A stretch of DNA of 64,000 bases, taken from the IMG/VR virus record IMGVR_UViG_3300021400_000612, positions 25,719 through 89,718 of that record. One strand, written 5' to 3'. Below the pieces are notes generated by a model that saw only the letters and a list, made by a program, of their open reading frames with translations, did no database searches and had not been told where the DNA came from. Shown one piece after another: positions 9,732 to 18,170 of the stretch; positions within the stretch are counted from its first letter, which is position 1; the number at the start of each line of letters is the position of its first letter. The stretch is from a virus. Taxonomy: Duplodnaviria; Caudoviricetes. A program made the translations under genes and the position numbers.

Positions 9732-9764
9732 TCCATCACCTCTTCTACGGGGGGAGGTGATGGA
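9732..9764 (+). terminator. Intergenic hairpin capped by the dispersed motif
   Basis: 11-bp perfect stem TCCATCACCTC/GAGGTGATGGA enclosing TTCTACGGGGG. The U-tract is weak. Confidence 0.55.
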
Positions 9765-9782
9765 CTTAATACTTAAATTATT

Positions 9783-10406
9783 ATGAACGATTTTCAAACA
9801 ATTAATGAAATTGTTAGTGAAAGTGTTCGTAACTCTTCTTATTACACAGTTGCTATTTCAAGTTGCGTTTTCATTCTTTATACACTAATAGTTAATCTTA
9901 TTAGTTATTTCAAATCTAAAAGTAAGAATAAACCTCTTTTAGAAATGAGTAAAGCGATGAAAGAAATGACTGAGAATATAGTTAAACTTAATGCTGTATT
10001 AGATAAAACTTTTAAAGAAGCTGAAAGAAAAGAAGTTCATAAATGTAAAAATGTAATTGATTTAGCCTTTAGAAACTTTGCAAGTCGTATAAGTCAAGAA
10101 TGTGAAGATATAATTACACATAATAACATTGAAAAGAACAAAGCGTTTATTACTGATAATATAACTAAGTTAGTTAGTACAGAATATTATAAACTTTATT
10201 CTATTCTTTCATCTTATGAAATAAACGAAGTAAATGTTGCTACTAGATTAAAAGAAGAGTGGATTAAGGAAGTTGCGGATAATATGATAGCTATTGTTTA
10301 TGATGGACAAGAAGCTATCTCTCGAATAAATCAACTTAACGGTAGACTACTTGTCTATATTGGTGAATATTCGACTTACATTAATAATAAGACATTTAAT
10401 ACATAA
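9783..10406 (+). CDS. Membrane-anchored helical protein
   Basis: One N-terminal hydrophobic helix (YYTVAISSCVFILYTLIVNLISYF) followed by a coiled-coil. Confidence 0.6.
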   Translation: MNDFQTINEIVSESVRNSSYYTVAISSCVFILYTLIVNLISYFKSKSKNKPLLEMSKAMKEMTENIVKLNAVLDKTFKEAERKEVHKCKNVIDLAFRNFASRISQECEDIITHNNIEKNKAFITDNITKLVSTEYYKLYSILSSYEINEVNVATRLKEEWIKEVADNMIAIVYDGQEAISRINQLNGRLLVYIGEYSTYINNKTFNT

Positions 10407-10411
10407 GGTTT

Positions 10412-10648
10412 ATGTTATACGATGCCGAAAAGAAACAAGATATGCTAGATACTCTTAATAATAGAGTGTCTAGCATTGTTGATGTTTGCGTGGCACTAGT
10501 TCAAGAAGGTTATATTCCTAATAAGTCTAAACAAACTAAGCTTAGTTGGAGTATGATTATGATTAATGCTTTTGAAAACATTGACGTTCTTTCTGTTGAA
10601 CAGCATAATAACCTTGAAGAATTATATAATAAAGTTATGATGTTATGA
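10412..10648 (+). CDS. Hypothetical protein
   Basis: 78-aa ORF tightly packed in the operon, with an ATGA overlap with the next gene. Confidence 0.6.
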   Translation: MLYDAEKKQDMLDTLNNRVSSIVDVCVALVQEGYIPNKSKQTKLSWSMIMINAFENIDVLSVEQHNNLEELYNKVMML

Positions 10649-11358
10649 GCTACAGAAAAGAAGTTACTCCAGAGTATGTTTATTTAACTATTCCAGCAGA
10701 GTACGTTTGTGTTTATCATCGTATTATGGCAATGCTTGCTGATTATGGTGAGGAAATGCTTAAAGATTGTAAAGCAAATTGTACTGACAAGAATAGTGGA
10801 GTTATTGAGTGTTTTAATATGTTTAATGCTGCTTGTGCTGCAAGAATCTTAGGTCAAGATAAAAAAGCACAACTTATTATTAATTATATTAAAGCTAAGA
10901 TAAATCAAATATATAAAGGTAAAGGCAATTCAACAAGCTTTGTATTTCCTATTGATGAAAATGGAGTACTTAAAGCTTTTGTTAGTTGTAATGATAGACC
11001 TCGTTTTTGGATTAATGAAGAAGAAGATTTAATGAAACAAAATCAAGGTCTTGGATTTGAAGAAACATATTCACTTGATGATGAAAATGAAACATACATT
11101 TATCCATTTGATTTTGAATGTGAAGCCTCTATAGATAATCATATTATTTCTACTAATCTAACATTTTATGTCGATAGCAAACTTATTCCTGAAGAAGAAA
11201 TTTCTAATGTTGAAGTAGAGTATTATGTTGATGGAAAATATGTTCCAGACCTTTCTACATATGAAATTACTAATCCTACAAGTGTAGCACTTAAAGTTAT
11301 TGCTTATTATAAAGGTGGAACTAATAATCATAATTATGTAATTAGCACTTATGAATAA
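10645..11358 (+). CDS. Hypothetical tail-region protein
   Basis: 237 aa, with a conserved-looking N-terminal domain (YVYLTIPAEYVCVYH) and an Ig-like C-terminus. Confidence 0.6.
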   Translation: MSYRKEVTPEYVYLTIPAEYVCVYHRIMAMLADYGEEMLKDCKANCTDKNSGVIECFNMFNAACAARILGQDKKAQLIINYIKAKINQIYKGKGNSTSFVFPIDENGVLKAFVSCNDRPRFWINEEEDLMKQNQGLGFEETYSLDDENETYIYPFDFECEASIDNHIISTNLTFYVDSKLIPEEEISNVEVEYYVDGKYVPDLSTYEITNPTSVALKVIAYYKGGTNNHNYVISTYE

Positions 11359-12280
11359 TACAATTGAAGATTTAGGAAAAGTAGGAATAATTATAGACGA
11401 TTGGAATATTCGTAGAGCATATCCTTTTAAGACTTTTGTCACAGATTATTCTACTTGGGTTTCTTATATTAGTCGCAGACCTGTTCCTGCTGGTACTCCT
11501 CTTACTGATATAACTTATTGGAAACCTGTTATTAAACCAAATAAACAAATGTATATTTGGCTTCAAGATATTGATAATAAGATTGAATCTTTTCTTGAAA
11601 GTATTGGTGGTACTGCTATCAGTACTAAATTTGGAAATAGCGATTTGGTTGGTATTTCTCAAAGAGTTCTTACTGAGTCTATTAATAGAATTTGGGATAA
11701 GATTGATGAACTTACAGGTGAAGACCATAGACACATAAATATGACAATTACTCCAGATTTCTTTATAGGAGATGAATGCAGTATTACTATGGCTGCTTCA
11801 GCTACTGAAACTGGAGGAATATTTGATTATATAGAGTTTCTTATTAATGGTCAATCCTTTGAAGGAAATAGTGCTGAAAGTGTAAACAGCTTTACTTGTA
11901 CTTCAACTATTACTGAAGAATGTGATGTAACGTGTAATGTTAAAATTCTTGGACAAGATTATTCTGTTACTAAACATGTTGGACATAATGATGAATTTTG
12001 GATTGGAGCTGGAAGTACTTACAGCGATGTATTTAATAACCAACACGCAGTAAGACTTAATAATTTTAAAGGTAATTATAACATCACTTTTGCTCAAAAT
12101 AATTATTTGTTCGTTATTGTTCCAAGTCAGTATAGTGATATTTTTACTAGAGCTGATTTAAATGGAATAGAAATTCCTATGACTAGTGAAACTATAACTG
12201 TTGATGATATAAATTATACTGTTTATAAGTCTTCTAGTAATTATTCTGCTGGAACTTATAATATTGATATTAATTCTTAA
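11351..12280 (+). CDS. Putative tail fibre/adaptor protein
   Basis: FGNSDLVGISQRVLT segment typical of Bacteroidota phage fibres and an Ig-like middle. The C-terminal domain is paralogous to that of 15148..16551. Confidence 0.55.
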   Translation: MNNTIEDLGKVGIIIDDWNIRRAYPFKTFVTDYSTWVSYISRRPVPAGTPLTDITYWKPVIKPNKQMYIWLQDIDNKIESFLESIGGTAISTKFGNSDLVGISQRVLTESINRIWDKIDELTGEDHRHINMTITPDFFIGDECSITMAASATETGGIFDYIEFLINGQSFEGNSAESVNSFTCTSTITEECDVTCNVKILGQDYSVTKHVGHNDEFWIGAGSTYSDVFNNQHAVRLNNFKGNYNITFAQNNYLFVIVPSQYSDIFTRADLNGIEIPMTSETITVDDINYTVYKSSSNYSAGTYNIDINS

Positions 12281-12291
12281 AATATATAATT

Positions 12292-14415
12292 ATGGGTAAT
12301 AATAATGTTCCTGGGTCTAATCAAAATGTTAACGTTCAAGTTAGAAGTTTAACTACTGACCCAAATGTTACAAGTCAATATAAAACTAAAATTCTTCATA
12401 AAAATGTTGTAAACGGAGTTAATACTCTTACACAAGCAATGATGCCTGCTCAGAATACTAAGTATGTTATCAAGTACGACTATGTGCTTGCAGAGGATAT
12501 TACTGTACCTGATAATTGTATTATTGAATTTGATGGTGGTAGTATTAGTGGAAGTTATACCTTAACAGGTCAAAACACTTTTGTAAAAGGGTTAGCAGAA
12601 AGTTTTCTAAAGAATGATATTGTCATAGCTGGCACATGGAATATAGAGAACTTGATTTTGCCAAAAGAAACAGACGTAACAGCACTTGTCCAAAAGATGC
12701 TTGATTTATTTGGATATGTTAAGTTTGGCATTGGAACATATTACTTATCTGATACTATTATTATTAGAAATAACTTTTCTACTATTATTGGTTGCGGAAG
12801 CTATAAAACATATATAAAACCTTTGCCATCACTACAAAGCACTATTACAAATGTATTTAAGACATTGCTTCCAGGAGAAGAAGGCACAGATAGTGGAAGG
12901 TATTATATTGCTGAGCGTATTACTATTAAAGACCTATCAATTATAGGCGCTGTAAATGCTAGTAGAATTTTTGAAGATGCTATAATAGTAAATGGTCCAT
13001 CATCTATTATTGATAATGTTAATATTTCCAGTATTAACGGTTTTGGTATTAAAATAGGATGTTGGTGTAATAGAATCATTAATTGTGTAATTGACCATTA
13101 TAGTGGCACAGGTATTATAGCAGGAGGTAATGGTCCTTGCAATAATCTTGTTATAAACAAATGTAGAATTGAGTCTGGTAAGTATGGTATCAGATTATTT
13201 AGTGGAGGAAACATTGTTGTAAGAGATAATACGATAGAAGGAAACTCAAAGACTGATGTTTATGTGGGAAGTTCTCAGAATATAGTTATAGAAGGAAATT
13301 ACTTTGAGGGTTCCCCACTGATTCCAAAAGAAAATGTCAATATTCAAGATAATTTATCGGTTGCTGACATTACTGATGATATAAAAGCACATATTATTGT
13401 AGCAGGAGGTATAGTAGGAGGCGCAGATATATCGGTTGGTAATATATTTTGTCCTTGTGGTGTTTCTATTAGAAAAAATTTTGTTGAATCGGAGGAAGGA
13501 CAGGATAAAAATATTGTTGCTATCGGTTCTTGTGTTGGTTATCTTACTATTGAAGATAATGTGTCAAGATTTAATAGGACTGTAGCTAAGTTCTTGGATT
13601 TTGGTTCATCAAAATTTAAAAATGTAACAATTGAAGGAAATGTTGGCTTTGATAGTAATGCAAATTACATTTTAAACCCTATTGAATTTGCAACTTCTTT
13701 TGCTTATATTCAATCTTCTTGGCAAGGTGATGAACATTTTAAAGGGGATATTGTTTTAGACAATCCTGATAAAGTAGAACATATAATTGGTAATAATGTC
13801 AATATATGGGGAATAATAAGGCAAGAGTTTTTATCTCGCTCTATACAATCTTTAAAACAAATAGATGGCGAACTTATAATAGAAGCTGATTTTAGTAATT
13901 CCCAAAATATAAACACTATAGGTTTTCCACAAACATCTGTAAGTTCTGGCATTTATAGATTTGAGTGTGATGTGAAATTATTAAGTGGGACTGTTATTGA
14001 CAATAGCTTAACTATTTACGCCAATAGATACCAAAGTGATAATTACTCAAACAGTTGTAAAGTTGCTATTACTCCTACAACTGAATGGAAGCACATTATA
14101 CTAAACATATCTGTTCCTAACGGCATTATAGATAAGGTAGGAATAGAGATAACAAATAAATCAGGTAATAATAAATACTTAATTAAAAATCCAATTGCGT
14201 ATAAAGTTGGATTAAATAAACCTAATATAGAATATTATATTCAAGAATGTGCAAATATCTATCAAAATAATACTGCTATTGAAGGTTTTAACACTCGTAA
14301 TTCTCAAATAGGAATAAGAGGCTTGAATAAAAACGGTGAACCTTGTATTGTTACTAATCATGATGCAAATGGTTATGACACTTGGAGCACCGTTCAATCC
14401 GTTTTGAATTTGTAA
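12292..14415 (+). CDS. Tailspike / receptor-binding protein with right-handed beta-helix (pectate-lyase-like) and CBM-like domain
   Basis: N-terminal TKYVIKYDY...IIEFDGGSI anchor. Repeated I/V-x-N/D/G strands (IIDNVNI, RIINCVI, IVVRDNTIEGN, IVIEGNYFEG). The C-terminal GIYRFECDV...TEWKHI segment looks like a jelly-roll. Confidence 0.7.
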   Translation: MGNNNVPGSNQNVNVQVRSLTTDPNVTSQYKTKILHKNVVNGVNTLTQAMMPAQNTKYVIKYDYVLAEDITVPDNCIIEFDGGSISGSYTLTGQNTFVKGLAESFLKNDIVIAGTWNIENLILPKETDVTALVQKMLDLFGYVKFGIGTYYLSDTIIIRNNFSTIIGCGSYKTYIKPLPSLQSTITNVFKTLLPGEEGTDSGRYYIAERITIKDLSIIGAVNASRIFEDAIIVNGPSSIIDNVNISSINGFGIKIGCWCNRIINCVIDHYSGTGIIAGGNGPCNNLVINKCRIESGKYGIRLFSGGNIVVRDNTIEGNSKTDVYVGSSQNIVIEGNYFEGSPLIPKENVNIQDNLSVADITDDIKAHIIVAGGIVGGADISVGNIFCPCGVSIRKNFVESEEGQDKNIVAIGSCVGYLTIEDNVSRFNRTVAKFLDFGSSKFKNVTIEGNVGFDSNANYILNPIEFATSFAYIQSSWQGDEHFKGDIVLDNPDKVEHIIGNNVNIWGIIRQEFLSRSIQSLKQIDGELIIEADFSNSQNINTIGFPQTSVSSGIYRFECDVKLLSGTVIDNSLTIYANRYQSDNYSNSCKVAITPTTEWKHIILNISVPNGIIDKVGIEITNKSGNNKYLIKNPIAYKVGLNKPNIEYYIQECANIYQNNTAIEGFNTRNSQIGIRGLNKNGEPCIVTNHDANGYDTWSTVQSVLNL

Positions 14416-14452
14416 AGATGCAAAAGGTGCAACAGTATAAACATTAAGAGCT

Positions 14453-14548
14453 ATGACTAAAGAAGATAAGGTTACTAATTCTAATATGCCTTATAGAAAT
14501 CTAACTTTTAAAGAGTATATTAATAAACTTAAAAATGGAGAAATATGA
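14453..14548 (+). CDS. Small hypothetical protein, 31 aa (not in ORF track)
   Basis: MTKEDKVTNSNMPYRNLTFKEYINKLKNGEI*. Its TGA overlaps ATG 14545 (ATGA coupling). Confidence 0.4.
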   Translation: MTKEDKVTNSNMPYRNLTFKEYINKLKNGEI

Positions 14549-14793
14549 CATATAAAGAAGAAAGTTATGTTCTTGATACTCTCAAAGAGATACAAGAAAC
14601 TATTAGAAGTCCTGAGTTTAAACAACTTATAAAAGAAACTCACGAGAATAATATTATGCTTAGACAGATTATTAAAGTTATTAATACGTGGATTAAACAT
14701 CATCCTCAAGAAAATGCTAATGATTTTAATATGAATGTTATAGCTAATCTTGTTAGTAGCGGACTTGATTTTAATAAAATATTTAAAAGATAA
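14545..14793 (+). CDS. Hypothetical protein
   Basis: 82 aa; the stop overlaps the next start. Confidence 0.6.
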   Translation: MTYKEESYVLDTLKEIQETIRSPEFKQLIKETHENNIMLRQIIKVINTWIKHHPQENANDFNMNVIANLVSSGLDFNKIFKR

Positions 14794-15113
14794 TGGAGAT
14801 ACTAAGTAATACAATACAAACTACTCTTGAAAGTTTTGACTTTGCGTTTTGCATCATAGTTAATGTTCTAACTTATCTTATAATTAGACTTATCAATGAT
14901 AGAAATGGACACAAAGATTTAACAACTTGGAGTAAAAGACTTGTGTTGTTGTTGGTAATTCTTTCTATGGGGGTGCTATACTATCTATTAGGTAATGATA
15001 CTAAAGCTATCTTAAACAGTGCTATTCTTGCTCCTGTTTTTTGGTCTTGGATTATGAAACCTATATGTAAGTATTTCAAAGTTGATTATAAGAATGTTAA
15101 TCTTTTTGATTAG
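14793..15113 (+). CDS. Putative holin-like membrane protein
   Basis: 106 aa with three hydrophobic segments and a basic C-terminus, in the tail/lysis region. Confidence 0.5.
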   Translation: MEILSNTIQTTLESFDFAFCIIVNVLTYLIIRLINDRNGHKDLTTWSKRLVLLLVILSMGVLYYLLGNDTKAILNSAILAPVFWSWIMKPICKYFKVDYKNVNLFD

Positions 15114-15147
15114 CACGCCCGTAGAAGAAATGTATAATTAGATTATT

Positions 15148-16551
15148 ATGCTTAAACCAAGAAAGATTATAAGAGATTACACTCCTGATTACAAGGCTCT
15201 TGATACACTTGATAAACAGACTAAAACCATACAAGATTTGTATGACCAGGTTAGTGAATTTTATAGATTCTTATCTGACCCTACTTTTAGAGCTGAAATC
15301 AAAGGTGAGAGAGGTCCTCAAGGTGAACAAGGAGAACGTGGTCATGATGGAGCTAAGGGTGATAAGGGTGCTACTGGTAACCCTGGTCCCCAAGGCTCTA
15401 CTGGTCCTAGAGGAGCTGATGGTCTTCCTGGTCTGCCTGGTCCTACAGGTCCACAAGGTCCTGAAGGTATTCCTGGTCCAGAAGGTCCAAGAGGTCCTAG
15501 AGGATATACTGGTTTGCAAGGTCCTAAAGGTTTAGATGGTGCTCCTGGTGAAAAAGGAGATATGGGTGAACCTTGGGGTCTTAGCGGAGTTTTTAATACA
15601 TTTGATGAACTTCAAGCTGAAGCTATTAGAGTAGATGCTAAGCTCTATCTTGTAGCTTCTATGAACGATGAGAATGGTGATTTATATGTTTATAGAGAAA
15701 AGTATGATGACTTTATTTTTCTTAATAATATTATTTATGATTTAGCCTTTCAAATTGTTCAAGGTCCTCCAGGTAAGAACTTTCTTAATATTATTAAAGG
15801 CGCAAATATTGATAAGTATGGTAATATAACTATTGACAAAGAAGAAACTATCGATGCTAAAGGTTATTTACATACTAAGTTTACACTAAACTTTCTCAAA
15901 GGTAACGGTATTGCTAATAGCGAATGGACTGAAAGCGAAGAAGATGATGGATGGAGTACTCTTGTTATAACTTATGACAACGGCGAAACTGAAACTATTA
16001 GAGTTAAGAATGGTAAAACTGGTGCTCAAGGTCCTGTTGGTCCACAAGGTCCTCAAGGAGAAAAAGGTGATACTGGCGAGAAAGGCGACAAAGGAGATAA
16101 GGGAGATACTGGAGAAAAGGGAGAAAAAGGTGACACAGGTAATACTGGTCCTCAAGGAGAAACTGGTCCTCAAGGTGCACAAGGTCCTGCTGGTATTGAT
16201 GGTAAAAATCCTTATGAAGAAGCTGTTGAGGCTGGATATGATAAATCTATTGAAACTTTCTATGGTATAATTGAAGGTAACATTTGGATTGGTCCAGGTC
16301 AAAACTATGCTTATGTCTATGATAATGATGATTACAAATATGAAAATATTAATGTAAATAATCCTCTCAATATTGAATGTATTCAAGATTACATTTATGT
16401 TATTTATCCTGCTGATTCTGAGTTTATGTTTAATCTTACTATGAGTGGTTTTCCTGTTCCTATGGAACCTGTTGATACTACTACAATTCAAGATTATTAT
16501 ATTCTTAAATCAGTTAATCAATACGATGGTAATTTTAATATAACAATTTAA
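15148..16551 (+). CDS. Collagen-like tail fibre protein
   Basis: Two Gly-X-Y tracts (about 30 triplets near 15300-15570 and about 21 near 16010-16200) separated by a globular region. Confidence 0.8.
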   Translation: MLKPRKIIRDYTPDYKALDTLDKQTKTIQDLYDQVSEFYRFLSDPTFRAEIKGERGPQGEQGERGHDGAKGDKGATGNPGPQGSTGPRGADGLPGLPGPTGPQGPEGIPGPEGPRGPRGYTGLQGPKGLDGAPGEKGDMGEPWGLSGVFNTFDELQAEAIRVDAKLYLVASMNDENGDLYVYREKYDDFIFLNNIIYDLAFQIVQGPPGKNFLNIIKGANIDKYGNITIDKEETIDAKGYLHTKFTLNFLKGNGIANSEWTESEEDDGWSTLVITYDNGETETIRVKNGKTGAQGPVGPQGPQGEKGDTGEKGDKGDKGDTGEKGEKGDTGNTGPQGETGPQGAQGPAGIDGKNPYEEAVEAGYDKSIETFYGIIEGNIWIGPGQNYAYVYDNDDYKYENINVNNPLNIECIQDYIYVIYPADSEFMFNLTMSGFPVPMEPVDTTTIQDYYILKSVNQYDGNFNITI

Positions 16552-16563
16552 ATTTATAAATTT

Positions 16564-16794
16564 ATGAGTGAACATAGAGAACCAATTCCTTCGATGATAT
16601 ATAATAGTGCTGTTGGAGGTCACGTTACAAATTCTCAACAAATTATTGATGAGAATTTAAATAAAGAACAAAGTACAATCAATAACGAACTTTATAATCT
16701 TATTGTTAATTTGCCTGTGTCTGACGGAACAGATATAGATTCGGGAAAAGCCTATATAGATTCTACAGATAGAGTTGTTAAAGTAAAAGCTTAA
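16564..16794 (+). CDS. Small fibre-related protein
   Basis: 76 aa. It starts with IYNSAVGGHVTNSQQIIDE, which resembles crAss fibre N-termini as I recall them. Confidence 0.5.
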   Translation: MSEHREPIPSMIYNSAVGGHVTNSQQIIDENLNKEQSTINNELYNLIVNLPVSDGTDIDSGKAYIDSTDRVVKVKA

Positions 16795-16878
16795 TATAAA
16801 TATAATAATAGTAGATATAATACTTTTCCTATACTTTATATTATTTATTATTTGCAAACAATTAATTTAATCAAAGTT

Positions 16879-17049
16879 ATGAAAAAGATTTTTTATTTTA
16901 TTATGATTTGTCTTGCTGCACTTGGTGCAATTGGAGGTATTGGTTATACTATTTATTGCCATGCTTATGTAATTAGTGTTGGAGTTGCAGGTTTAGCTTT
17001 TATGGCTTTTCCGACAATTAAAGATTACGTTAAAAAACTAACTGAATAG
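16879..17049 (+). CDS. Small two-TM membrane protein
   Basis: ATG 16879 after AAAGTT is preferred over TTG 16852. MKKIFYFIMICLAALGAIGGIGY...GVAGLAFMAF. Confidence 0.6.
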   Translation: MKKIFYFIMICLAALGAIGGIGYTIYCHAYVISVGVAGLAFMAFPTIKDYVKKLTE

Positions 17050-17098
17050 TATATAAAGTTCTAACTTAATTTCTTTATAGAAGTTAAAATTCGATTTC

Positions 17099-17139
17099 AG
17101 CCTGTCTGATAGTGAGCCTTAACAAACTATCAGCAGGCT
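17099..17139. promoter_or_regulatory. Intergenic stem-loop
   Basis: AGCCTG-(T)-CTGATAGT...ACTATCAG-CAGGCT, a 14-bp stem with a 1-nt bulge. Confidence 0.6.
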
Positions 17140-17207
17140 ATATTTAAACTCTTGACGGGGCTAATAGTAAGCAAATAGAGGAAATTAATATCATTTAACG
17201 CCCAAAG

Positions 17208-17239
17208 TTTGCATAATTCAAAAATAATACTTATATTTG
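17208..17239 (+). promoter_or_regulatory. Bacteroidota-type promoter
   Basis: TTTG (17208..17211), 20-bp spacer, TATATTTG (17232..17239). Confidence 0.7.
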
Positions 17240-17258
17240 TAATCAAATGGATACTGTT

Positions 17259-17369
17259 ATGGCTAATAAAAAGATTAAAGATAGAGGTGTCGCTGCACCT
17301 AGTATTCCTAAAGCAGGAATTACTAAAAGACGTAGAAGACTTGAAGATGGAGGCAAAGCTACGGAATAG
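17259..17369 (+). CDS. Small basic peptide, 36 aa (40 aa from ATG 17247; not in ORF track)
   Basis: MANKKIKDRGVAAPSIPKAGITKRRRRLEDGGKATE*, directly downstream of the 17208 promoter. Confidence 0.55.
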   Translation: MANKKIKDRGVAAPSIPKAGITKRRRRLEDGGKATE

Positions 17370-17757
17370 TTTATATAAGATAGAATTACATTGGATAAAG
17401 ATAATACCAATGGTTCTATGTGCGTTAAGTTTTACAGATACTATATTATCTTACTTTGAAGTTGAAGGTAGTATTATATCTTATCTTAACGCTCTTCTTG
17501 TTTGGTTGTTCTTATACTTATCATCCTTTGTATTCCAATTTTGTAGATGGCATAGAATGTTCTTATACTACTTATTAGTAGAAGGTTGCATTAATTGTTA
17601 TGATTATGAAATTGGAATACCTTTAGGTTTAAAAGATATGATAGTAGTTCAGCTAGCTCTTATTATGATATTTGTTAGTATTGGTTTATATTTTCATCAA
17701 CATGATAAGCACCCCTGTAGAAAAGATTGTGGCAAAACTGATGAGGCAATATGCTGA
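17347..17757 (+). CDS. Multi-pass membrane protein
   Basis: In-frame ATG 17347 is preferred because the TTG 17209 start lies inside the promoter. About four hydrophobic helices. Confidence 0.6.
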   Translation: MEAKLRNSLYKIELHWIKIIPMVLCALSFTDTILSYFEVEGSIISYLNALLVWLFLYLSSFVFQFCRWHRMFLYYLLVEGCINCYDYEIGIPLGLKDMIVVQLALIMIFVSIGLYFHQHDKHPCRKDCGKTDEAIC

Positions 17758-17992
17758 TGCTATTGACGCAGGTAACTCTCATCTTAACGCAGAACAAGCT
17801 ACAAATATACTTTCTGCTATTGCTCATATTGAAATGACTAAAGAAGAAGTTTGTGATTATCTTAATATGAGTCGAAGTAGATTTGATGATTATGTTCGTC
17901 TAGGTAGATTTCCTAGAGGTCGTAAACTTCCTCATAAGAATAATCTTATTTGGTATAAAGATGAAATTATGTGTGCAGTTGAAACTGAATGA
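17702..17992 (+). CDS. HTH DNA-binding protein (excisionase/AlpA-like, HTH_17-type)
   Basis: MTKEEVCDYLNMSRSRFDDYVRLGRFPRGRK...LIWYKDEI winged-HTH signature. Probable start ATG 17702. Confidence 0.75.
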   Translation: MISTPVEKIVAKLMRQYADAIDAGNSHLNAEQATNILSAIAHIEMTKEEVCDYLNMSRSRFDDYVRLGRFPRGRKLPHKNNLIWYKDEIMCAVETE

Positions 17993-18020
17993 AAGTTTTT
18001 ACACAAATCGGTAACTCTTT

Positions 18021-18060
18021 AGCCGTCTAACTTGCTGATAGTTAGGCGGTTATTTTATTT
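18021..18060 (+). terminator. Rho-independent terminator
   Basis: AGCCGTCTAAC/GTTAGGCGGTT stem followed by ATTTTATTT. Confidence 0.7.
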
Positions 18061-18071
18061 ATCGGCATCCT

Positions 18072-18102
18072 TCTGCTCGTGATAGTAATTTTGTTATCTT
18101 TG
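18072..18102 (+). promoter_or_regulatory. Bacteroidota-type promoter
   Basis: TCTG (18072..18075), 19-bp spacer, TATCTTTG (18095..18102), upstream of ATG 18171. Confidence 0.55.
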
Positions 18103-18170
18103 CAATATCTTTTAATGACGTCGTAAAAGATATTAAACTTTATTATTAACAAAATTAAAATGAAAGTATT

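Noticed and set aside
5309-9739. Long antisense ORFs 5309..6139 and 8789..9739, and many similar ones in the track
   Set aside because: These are shadows of strongly biased sense genes that avoid TTA/CTA/TCA. Their translations are Ser/Thr/Ile-rich with no motifs.
11351-16794. Diversity-generating retroelement or invertase-shuffled tail fibre locus
   Set aside because: No reverse transcriptase, no recombinase and no template/variable repeat pair differing at adenines. The shared fibre domain is similar only at protein level.
17209-17346. N-terminal extension of ORF 17209..17757
   Set aside because: It starts at a TTG inside the promoter. The region is better explained by the 17259..17369 peptide and ATG 17347.
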